This document shows, in pieces, positions 57,223 through 64,000 of a stretch of 64,000 nucleotides of DNA (position 1 is the first letter of the stretch; each line of letters begins with the position of its first letter). The position numbers and the translations under genes are program-made. A model generated the notes under the pieces. The model worked only from the letters and a program-made list of their open reading frames with translations, was not told the DNA's origin and did no database searches. Location: NCBI GenBank assembly GCA_036266535.1, contig DATAMY010000185.1, positions 16,956-80,955 on the forward strand. The letters run 5' to 3'. This DNA is from Usitatibacter sp. Lineage in GTDB: Bacteria > Pseudomonadota > Gammaproteobacteria > Burkholderiales > Usitatibacteraceae.

Positions 57223-57421
57223 TCTCTGGCCTCCTGTTGCACCTTCGGCTCGCCCTTGGAGGGCCGCCTTGCGTCGCGTCCCCTCGTGAGAGACGCCCGG
57301 AAACGTCTTGGCCGGCTCGTGACGGAGGGGTCGAAGCCCCCGTTCCGGCTTGCAAAACGCGCGAGTTTACCCTATTCCGCGAAAATACGGCGCGTACAGG
57401 CGGCCGAGGCCGCTGGATGCG

Positions 57422-58027
57422 CTATTTGACACCCAATCGCGACAAAGTTTGCCCGCGGCGCGACCGGGCTTCGCGCTGGACGTCGTCGTAGAGGCTCCCG
57501 CCATGGCTGTCCATCGCGACCAGGAGCGGGCCGAAGCCCCGGACCCGGAACTTCCAGATCGACTCCGGGTTCAGGTCGTCCAGGTCCACGTCCTCGATCG
57601 CCTCGATCCACGTGGTCTCGAGGGCCGCGGTGCCCCCGATGATGGCGAGGTAGGCCCCGCCCAGCTCGGCGAACGCGTCGAGGGAGCCCCGGCCGAGGCC
57701 GCCCTTGCCGATGAGGATGCGCGCGCCCAGCTCGAGGAACGGGCGGGTGAAGCGCTCCATCCGGGCCGAGGTCGTGGTGCCCACGCAGACGGGCGCGTAG
57801 CCCGTGGGATGCCGCGGCGAGGGCGGGACCTTCCGCACGTTCGGGGCGGTATGGATTGCCGCCTGGCCCCGCAGGTCGAATTTGGTCTTCCGCCCCCGAT
57901 CGAAGAGCGCGATCAGGTTCGCGTCGCGGATGCCGTAGAGCGGGCCCTCGAGCGTCACCGTGTCGTTCACCCGGAGCGCCCGCGCGGCTTCCTCGGAGAT
58001 CGGGGGGCGCAGGATGTGGTGCGCCAT
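57422..58027 (-). CDS. Fe-S hydro-lyase beta subunit (class I fumarase/tartrate dehydratase C-terminal type)
   Basis: GIRDA, GTTTSARM, IGKGG, GPLLVAMDSHG. Confidence 0.88.
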   Translation of the reverse strand: MAHHILRPPISEEAARALRVNDTVTLEGPLYGIRDANLIALFDRGRKTKFDLRGQAAIHTAPNVRKVPPSPRHPTGYAPVCVGTTTSARMERFTRPFLELGARILIGKGGLGRGSLDAFAELGGAYLAIIGGTAALETTWIEAIEDVDLDDLNPESIWKFRVRGFGPLLVAMDSHGGSLYDDVQREARSRRGQTLSRLGVK

Positions 58028-58029
58028 CC

Positions 58030-58908
58030 TCAGTACCCGTACGCCACGCCGGCGGGCGTGATCGCGGCCGAGGCCCGGCGCGCCGAGTGGCATTGCATGT
58101 TGACGGCGACCGGATTCATCGTGATGTGCGTCGCGGCGATCTCCACGTGCACCGCGAAGGACGTCGAGTCCCCGCCCAGGCCCTGGGGGCCCACGCCCAG
58201 CATGTTCACCGCCTCCGAAAGGTCGCGCTCGAGCTTCGCCCCTTCCGGATCCGCGCAGTGGCTGCCCAACGCCCGCGTGGCGGCGCGCTTGGCGAGCGCC
58301 ACGCAGAGGTCCGACGTGCCGCCGATGCCCACACCCACGATGGTGGGCGGGCAGGTCTTTCCTCCCGCGTCGAGCACGCAGTCCACGACGAAGGTCTTGA
58401 TCGCGTCCACGCCCTCCGCGGGAATGGCCATCTTCAGCCACGAGTTGTTCTCCGAGCCGCTTCCCTTGGGCACCATCTCGATCACGAGCTTTTCCGGCTC
58501 CTCGCTGAAGTCGATGTGGATGGGCGGGACGCCCGGACCGCAAGAGGTATGTTCGTTCTTGCGCGTGATGGGGTGCACGACGGAAGAGCGCAGCGGATGC
58601 TCGCGCGTCGCGCGCTCGCAGCCGCGGCGGATCGCGCGCTGGAGCTCCACGCCGCCGATCTCGACCCCGCGGCCGATCACCACGTTGTAGATCGGGATGC
58701 CGGTGTCCTGGCAGAGGAGGTTCTCCGTCTCCTCCGCCACGCGGATGTTGGCGATCATGGTGCCCAGCACCCGCTTCGCGGTGGCGTCCGTCTCCGAGGC
58801 GGACAGGCGCGCGAAGCCCTCCTTCACGTCCGGAGGCAGCATCTTCAGCGCGCGGATGTAGAGCTCGCGCGCGACTTCCTCGACCGCGGCCGGCTCGACC
58901 CTCATCAT
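58030..58908 (-). CDS. Fe-S hydro-lyase alpha subunit (class I fumarase/tartrate dehydratase N-terminal type)
   Basis: CQDTG, KGSGSEN, CPP..VGVGIGG, GPQGLGG, MQCH. Confidence 0.9.
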   Translation of the reverse strand: MMRVEPAAVEEVARELYIRALKMLPPDVKEGFARLSASETDATAKRVLGTMIANIRVAEETENLLCQDTGIPIYNVVIGRGVEIGGVELQRAIRRGCERATREHPLRSSVVHPITRKNEHTSCGPGVPPIHIDFSEEPEKLVIEMVPKGSGSENNSWLKMAIPAEGVDAIKTFVVDCVLDAGGKTCPPTIVGVGIGGTSDLCVALAKRAATRALGSHCADPEGAKLERDLSEAVNMLGVGPQGLGGDSTSFAVHVEIAATHITMNPVAVNMQCHSARRASAAITPAGVAYGY

Positions 58909-59879
58909 CCCGCCTTGAGGCCCCGGTCGTGGATCACCTTCTCCCAGCGCTTGCTCTCCTCGCGGATCGCGGCCTCGAAGTCCTTGGGCGAATTGCCGAC
59001 CGGCACCATGCCCTGCTTGGCGAGCTGCGCCTTGAATTCCGGCGACTGGAGGATCTTCGCCGTGTCGCGATAGACCTTGTCGATCACGTTCCTCGGCGTG
59101 CCGGTGGGCGCCATGAGCCCGAACCAGCCCGCGTTCTCGAAGCCGGGAATCGTCTCCGCGGCCGCGGGGACGTCCGGAAGCTCGGAGCTGCGCTCCCGGC
59201 TCGTCACGGCGAGCGCGCGGATCTTGCCGCCCTTGATGAGGTTGATGGCGCCGCCCAGGTTCGGCGTGACCATCTGGATCTGGCCGCCCACGAGGTCCGT
59301 CAACGCGGCGGCCTCGCCCTTGTACGGGATGTGCGTCATCTCGAGCCCCGCCGAGTACGCGAAGTTCTCCGCGGCGAGGTGGGTCTGGGTGCCGACGCCG
59401 GCGCTCCCGAAGTTCACCTTGCCCGGATTCGCCTTCACGTACGCGATGAACTCGGCGAGCGTCTTCGCGGGCACGTTGTTCGCGACGGCGATGACCTGGG
59501 GCCCGGTCGCGACGTTGGTGATGCCGACCAGGTCCTTCGCCGGATCGAACGACATCGACCGGTACATGAACGGATTCGCGGTGACGATGGAGCCGGAGGT
59601 CATGAGGAGCGTGTAGCCGTCCGCCGGCGCATGCGCGACCGCATCGCCGCCGATGTTGCCGCCCGCGCCCGCGCGGTCCTCCACCACCACGGGCTGGTTC
59701 CACGCCTCGTTCAGCTTCTGCGCGAGGAGGCGCGCGACCACGTCCGTGGCGCCCCCTGCCGCGAAGGGCACGATGATCTTCACGGGCTTGTCGGGCCACG
59801 CATCCGCGGCGGCGGCGGGTACCAGGGCCAGGGCCGCGAAGGCCAGGGCGAGCATTCGGGAAACGGCGCGCATCACCAT
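58905..59879 (-). CDS. TctC/Bug periplasmic binding protein
   Basis: WPDKPVKIIVPFAAGGATD, GAGGNIG, HIPYKG, W.GL.AP. Confidence 0.9.
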   Translation of the reverse strand: MVMRAVSRMLALAFAALALVPAAAADAWPDKPVKIIVPFAAGGATDVVARLLAQKLNEAWNQPVVVEDRAGAGGNIGGDAVAHAPADGYTLLMTSGSIVTANPFMYRSMSFDPAKDLVGITNVATGPQVIAVANNVPAKTLAEFIAYVKANPGKVNFGSAGVGTQTHLAAENFAYSAGLEMTHIPYKGEAAALTDLVGGQIQMVTPNLGGAINLIKGGKIRALAVTSRERSSELPDVPAAAETIPGFENAGWFGLMAPTGTPRNVIDKVYRDTAKILQSPEFKAQLAKQGMVPVGNSPKDFEAAIREESKRWEKVIHDRGLKAG

Positions 59880-59929
59880 CGATCTCCTCCGGTCGTGTTT
59901 TGAAACCAGGGTTCCATCCAGCATAACGC

Positions 59930-60268
59930 TCAACGGGCCAATGCGAAGACAAGCCCCGCGAAGATCGCGAATCCGGCGGCGGCGGCGGCGAGCGCCTTCT
60001 GCCATTCGCGCCAGGGCAGGAGCTCCAGGGCGAGGAGGCGCAGGCCCCCCGCGAGGTGCGCCGCGAGGAGGATCACGAGCCCCCATTCCGCGACGATCAC
60101 CGCCGGCTGCTCGGTCCAGCGCAGGAACGCATCCAGCCGCGCCTCGCCCTGGAGCGCGGTTCCCAGCGCGAGGAAATGGGCGGGAAGGAAGAGCGCCAGC
60201 GCGATCCCCGACACGCGGTGGACGAGGAAGGCCCACCACGCGGGGTGGTTCCGCGCGCGGCGCATCAT
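59930..60268 (-). CDS. SdhC-like membrane anchor
   Basis: HRVSG, PAHF, AHLAGGLR; 3 TM. Confidence 0.8.
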   Translation of the reverse strand: MMRRARNHPAWWAFLVHRVSGIALALFLPAHFLALGTALQGEARLDAFLRWTEQPAVIVAEWGLVILLAAHLAGGLRLLALELLPWREWQKALAAAAAGFAIFAGLVFALAR

Positions 60269-60606
60269 GCCGCCACCGCCCAGACCGCCCTCAGGCCCAG
60301 CACGGCGAGCGCCAGGCCGATCGCCGCGACGGCGGCGTTCGCGCCGCGGCCGCGCCAGCCCAGCCATTCCGCCGCGACCGTGCGAAGCCCGATCGCGCCG
60401 TGGAGGGCCGCGGCGAGGACGAAGAGCGCGTAGAACGCCGGCCACGCGGCGCTCGAATGCGTGCGCTCGAGCACCGCCTGCGCGGTGAGGCCCGCGCGCA
60501 CCGCGTAGATCATCGTCGCGAGGTGCACGAGCACGAACCCCGCGAGGAGCACCGCAGTCACGCGCTGCGCGACCCAGAGCGCCGCCTCGGCGCGCGCGGC
60601 GCTCAC
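60265..60606 (-). CDS. SdhD-like membrane anchor
   Basis: WVAQRVTA, VHL, LHGAIGLR..EW; GTG overlaps sdhB-like stop. Confidence 0.78.
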   Translation of the reverse strand: MSAARAEAALWVAQRVTAVLLAGFVLVHLATMIYAVRAGLTAQAVLERTHSSAAWPAFYALFVLAAALHGAIGLRTVAAEWLGWRGRGANAAVAAIGLALAVLGLRAVWAVAA

Positions 60607-61355
60607 GGCGCGTCCTCCCCCCCGCCCAGCATCGCGCGAAGGCTGCGGCGCTTGAGGCCCGCGATGGAGCGCGCAGGCGAGAGCGCCTTGGGGCAGAGCT
60701 CGGTGCAGCTCATGAGGGTATGGCAGGCATGGCATCCCGCGTCGCCCTCGACCGCGCGCTGGCGCTCGGCGTGCGCGCCGTCGCGGACGTCCGCCTGCAG
60801 CGTCCACGCGCGGTTCAACGCGGCGGGGCCGAGGTAGGCCGGGTTCCACGAGACGATGTCGCACGCGGCATAGCACACGCCGCAGCCGATGCATTCGATC
60901 GCCGCATCCGCCTCGCGGCGCGCGGGCGTGCGCGGGTCGACCGCGGCGAAGCCGTCCGCGCGCGTGCGGGTGGGCGTGAACTGCCCCCGGGCGCGCGCCC
61001 ACTTGTCGAAGAACTCGCGCATGTCCGCGACCAGGTCGCGCACGATCGGCATGTTGGCGAGCGGCCCCAGCTCGAGCGCTCCGTCGCGCGCGACCTTGTC
61101 CACGTGCGTGCGGCAGGTCCAGCGCGGGACGCCGTTCACCGTCATCGCGCACGAGCCGCACATCCCCACGCGGCAGGCGAAGCGGTAGGCGAGCGTGGGG
61201 TCGAGGTTGCGCTGGATGTAGGTGACGACGTCCAGCACCGTCTGGCTCGCGCGCCGCGGCACGTCGAAGCGCTGGAAGCGCCCGTCGGCGCCGCCGCGCC
61301 AGACGGAAACGCCGAGCGTTTCCGTCCCCGTGCCGACGGGGACCTGCTTCTTCAC
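60603..61355 (-). CDS. SdhB/FrdB-like iron-sulfur subunit
   Basis: [33 protein letters not shown]. Confidence 0.9.
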   Translation of the reverse strand: MKKQVPVGTGTETLGVSVWRGGADGRFQRFDVPRRASQTVLDVVTYIQRNLDPTLAYRFACRVGMCGSCAMTVNGVPRWTCRTHVDKVARDGALELGPLANMPIVRDLVADMREFFDKWARARGQFTPTRTRADGFAAVDPRTPARREADAAIECIGCGVCYAACDIVSWNPAYLGPAALNRAWTLQADVRDGAHAERQRAVEGDAGCHACHTLMSCTELCPKALSPARSIAGLKRRSLRAMLGGGEDAP

Positions 61356-62521
61356 GCGCTCTCGTAGAGCCGGGTGAGCACGAACTCGCGGTGTCCCAGC
61401 GCCTCGGCCGCCGTGAGCCTCCCATTCGCGGTCCTGAACATGCACTCGAGAAGCTTGTCGCCCGCCTCGTCCGGGCTCATCTCGCGGCGCAGCAGCCCCG
61501 AGACGTCGACGTCGATGTGCTCGCTCATCGTGCGCACGGTGCGCGGGTTCGCGCAGAGCTTGATCACGGGGAGGATGGGGTTACCGATCACGTTCCCCTG
61601 GCCGGTCGGGAAGAAATGCACCGTGTATCCCGCGGCGGCCACGAGCGTCACCATCTCCGCCGCGGCCGAGGAGGAGTCCATGAACCAGAGGCCCGGCCCG
61701 GTCGGCGTCTCGGCCTTGTCGAGCACGCCGTCCACCACGCACTTGCGGCCGATCTTCTGGATGTTGCCGAGCGCCTTCTCCTCGATCGTCGTGAGGCCGC
61801 CCTCGATGTTGCCCTTCGTGGGCTGGGAGTCCGAGAGGTCGTTCGTCTTGTGCGCCTCGACCACCTGCTGGTAGCGGTCGAACATGAACTGGAATTTCTT
61901 GCGCACCGCGTCGTCGCGGCAGCGCGCGGCGACCAGGTGCTCGCCGCCCGTGAGCTCGGTGGTCTCGCCGAAGACGAGCGTCACGCCGTGGGGATAGAGC
62001 TTGTCGAAGGCGTTGCCCACCGTCGGGTTCGAGCCGCAGCCCGAGGTCGTATCCGACTCGCCGCACTTGGTCGAGACCCAGAGGTCCTTCAACGGCCGCT
62101 CCTCGCGCCGGAGCTCGCTCGCCCACTGCACGAACTCCTTCGCCTTCTTCGAGGCGCGCAGGATCGTGTCGTGGTCGCCGTGCTGCTCGATCCCGAAGTA
62201 CGCGACGGGCTTGCCGGTGGCGGAGATGCCGTCGGCCACCTTCTTCGCCCAGCCCTCCTCGATGCAGATCACGACGACGGCGGCGACGTTGGGGTTCGAC
62301 CCCGTCCCGATCAGCGTGCGGAAATGGAGGTCCAGGTCCGCCCCGAACTGCAGCCGCCCGTAGGGGTGCGGGATCGCGAGCGTGCCCTTGATGTTGTTCT
62401 CGACCGCCTGCGCGGCCGCGTTCGAGAGGTCGTCCACGGGAAGGATGATCACGTGGTTCCTCACGCCGATGCGGCCGTTTTCGCGCTTGTAGCCCTGGAA
62501 TGTCGCTTTCTTGAGGTCCAT
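61352..62521 (-). CDS. suyB: (R)-sulfolactate sulfo-lyase large subunit (UxaA family)
   Basis: [68 protein letters not shown]. Confidence 0.85.
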   Translation of the reverse strand: MDLKKATFQGYKRENGRIGVRNHVIILPVDDLSNAAAQAVENNIKGTLAIPHPYGRLQFGADLDLHFRTLIGTGSNPNVAAVVVICIEEGWAKKVADGISATGKPVAYFGIEQHGDHDTILRASKKAKEFVQWASELRREERPLKDLWVSTKCGESDTTSGCGSNPTVGNAFDKLYPHGVTLVFGETTELTGGEHLVAARCRDDAVRKKFQFMFDRYQQVVEAHKTNDLSDSQPTKGNIEGGLTTIEEKALGNIQKIGRKCVVDGVLDKAETPTGPGLWFMDSSSAAAEMVTLVAAAGYTVHFFPTGQGNVIGNPILPVIKLCANPRTVRTMSEHIDVDVSGLLRREMSPDEAGDKLLECMFRTANGRLTAAEALGHREFVLTRLYESA

Positions 62522-62526
62522 GTCTC

Positions 62527-62808
62527 TCACCACCGCTTGGTCTTCAGGTTGTGGACGTGCGTGTGCTCGCCCACGGCGATCGGCGCCACCACGCGCCCGA
62601 TGTCCACGCCGTACTTGATCACCGTCGCGTCCTTCGCGAGCGGCTTGATCGCGAGCTTGTGCCCGATCGGGATGTCGCTCTTCGCGGTCACCTCGATCGA
62701 CTTGTCCTGGTCCATGATCCAGCCGGAGATCTTCTGCCCGGCCTTCACCCCCTCGACCACCACGACGCCCACGGAATCGTCCTCGTCGTGCACCACGAAA
62801 TGAATCAT
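62527..62808 (-). CDS. suyA: (R)-sulfolactate sulfo-lyase small subunit (SAF domain)
   Basis: [33 protein letters not shown]. Confidence 0.85.
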   Translation of the reverse strand: MIHFVVHDEDDSVGVVVVEGVKAGQKISGWIMDQDKSIEVTAKSDIPIGHKLAIKPLAKDATVIKYGVDIGRVVAPIAVGEHTHVHNLKTKRW

Positions 62809-62866
62809 CGTCCGCCCCTCGGGGAATGTCCTCCCCTCCGATGCTAGGAGCCGGCGCGGGGAAGGT

Positions 62867-62906
62867 CAACTAGATGAGTTGCATGATACGCCTTCCGTGG
62901 TATCGT
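62867..62906. promoter_or_regulatory. Candidate GntR operator and promoter between suyA and gntR
   Basis: Palindrome CAACT-AGATG-AGTTG at 62867-62881; TTGCAT-N16-TATCGT ending 7 nt before the gntR ATG. Confidence 0.4.
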
Positions 62907-62913
62907 CCGCGCC

Positions 62914-63678
62914 ATGCCGCCCCCCGCGCGAATGCTCTCCGCCCTGCCGGCGAGCGACCGGCCCCTCTACGTGGAAGTCCGCGCGCGCCTGATCGAGGGC
63001 ATGTCCGCGGGCGCATGGCAGCCGGGCGAGGCGATCCCCTCGGAGGGCGAGCTCGCGCGGGCGTTCGGCGTCGCGGTGGGCACCGTGCGGAAGGCCGTCG
63101 ATACGCTGGTCGCGGAGCGGGCGCTCATCCGCCGCCAGGGCAAGGGCACCTTCGTCGCGACCCACGACGGGCGCCGGCTCATGTACCACTTCTTCCACAT
63201 CGTGGAGCGCGGCGGCGCCAAGGCCTATCCGCAGGTGCGGCTCCTCGACTTCCGCCGCGAGCGCGCGGACGGGGCGTGCGCGGCGGCGCTCGCGATCGCG
63301 CCGGCGGACAAGGTGATCCGCATCCGGAACCTCCTCTCGCTCGGGGGGCGCCCGGCGATCGTGGACGACATCACGATTCCCGCCGAGCTCTTCCCCGGCC
63401 TCACGGAAAAGATCTTCCTCGCGCGGGACAACACGATCTACCACCTCTACCAGAGCCGCTACGGGATCAATGTCCTCGCGACGGACGAGCGGCTGCGCGC
63501 GGTGCTCGCATCGCGCGAGATCGCCGCGGTCCTCGCGGTCGCCCCCGGCGCGCCGCTCCTGGAGATCCGGCGCGTGGCCCTCACGTTCCGCGATCGCCCG
63601 GTGGAGCTCCGGCTCTCGCGCGTCGACACGGCGCGCCACGACTACCACAACACCCTCGGCAAGGGCGTGCCGGCCTGA
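62914..63678 (+). CDS. GntR/HutC-family regulator with UTRA domain
   Basis: PLY..WQPGEAIPSE..GTVRKAV..RRQGKGTFV; divergent from suyA. Confidence 0.92.
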   Translation: MPPPARMLSALPASDRPLYVEVRARLIEGMSAGAWQPGEAIPSEGELARAFGVAVGTVRKAVDTLVAERALIRRQGKGTFVATHDGRRLMYHFFHIVERGGAKAYPQVRLLDFRRERADGACAAALAIAPADKVIRIRNLLSLGGRPAIVDDITIPAELFPGLTEKIFLARDNTIYHLYQSRYGINVLATDERLRAVLASREIAAVLAVAPGAPLLEIRRVALTFRDRPVELRLSRVDTARHDYHNTLGKGVPA

Positions 63679-64000
63679 TGGCGGCGGCGCTCCTCGTCCT
63701 TCCCGGCTTCGCGTTGATCGTGGCGGGACTCGCCCTCGCGCGGGGCTTCGACTACGGGCGCGACTTCTGGTCCGGCCTCGAGAAGCTCGTGTACTTCGTG
63801 CTCTTCCCCGCGCTCCTCTTCCGCTCGCTCGCGACCGCGCGCATCGACCTCGCCACGGCCGGCGTGCTGGTGGGCGCCGCCGCGGCCTTCACCGCCGCCG
63901 CGTTCGCGCTCTCGCTCCTCGCGGGGCCGGTCCTGCGGCTCGACCGGAAGCTCCTCGCCGCCGGATCGCAATGCGGCTACCGCTTCAACACGTACATCGC
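63678..64000 (+). CDS. AEC-family transporter (partial)
   Basis: ATG overlaps gntR stop; FWSGLEKLVYFVLFPALLF..RFNTYI. Confidence 0.8.
   Translation, partial: MAAALLVLPGFALIVAGLALARGFDYGRDFWSGLEKLVYFVLFPALLFRSLATARIDLATAGVLVGAAAAFTAAAFALSLLAGPVLRLDRKLLAAGSQCGYRFNTYI

Noticed and set aside
59930-61355. Housekeeping sdhCDAB
   Set aside because: Order is B-D-C with A displaced, sdhB-like is coupled to suyB, the FAD His is missing, and no mdh/gltA/sucA context
61352-62808. Altronate/galactarate dehydratase (uxaA/garD)
   Set aside because: Split SAF + catalytic subunits with [16 protein letters not shown] and MDSSSAAAE motifs and a sulfonate context fit SuyAB better
360-63971. Many long Arg/Ala/Gly-rich ORFs in the track (e.g. 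4457..7915, 19838..23644, 28534..32163, 41398..45171)
   Set aside because: Shadow frames antisense or out of frame to well-supported genes, expected at this GC content

Overview
GC-rich betaproteobacterial-type chromosomal window. No rRNA, tRNA, CRISPR array or transposase was seen. A housekeeping backbone (dxs, ispA, xseB, Rieske oxygenase, DMT/sulfurtransferase, plsY/folB, ybaK, xerD, ogt, tonB-exbB-exbD-exbD) carries four accessory blocks. (1) 1-10.6 kb: a sulfoacetate/sulfoacetaldehyde catabolic cluster (sauT, sauS, tripartite tricarboxylate transporter, pta, citrate synthase paralog, IclR, xsc). (2) 15-23.6 kb: a block between ispA and dxs with a sensor-like MFS fusion and a TPR-degenerate GGDEF-membrane hybrid histidine kinase. 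(3) 26.2-39.7 kb: secreted multi-lectin proteins, an orphan ICE-type DUF2857 gene, an EF-G paralog, a solo HicB, and a peptide-export locus with three double-glycine-leader precursors (two absent from the ORF track), a CPBP protease, HlyD and a C39-peptidase ABC exporter. (4) 50.7-63.7 kb: a GntR-associated cluster joining sulfolactate sulfo-lyase suyAB with a divergent succinate-dehydrogenase-like complex, a two-subunit Fe-S fumarase-like hydratase, a TctC binding protein and a ComC-like dehydrogenase. I infer block 4 is a sulfonate mirror of succinate->fumarate->malate (3-sulfopropanoate -> 3-sulfoacrylate -> (R)-sulfolactate -> pyruvate + sulfite). Block 4 and the peptide locus are the best candidates for undescribed systems. 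All family calls come from motif recognition by eye; no searches were run.
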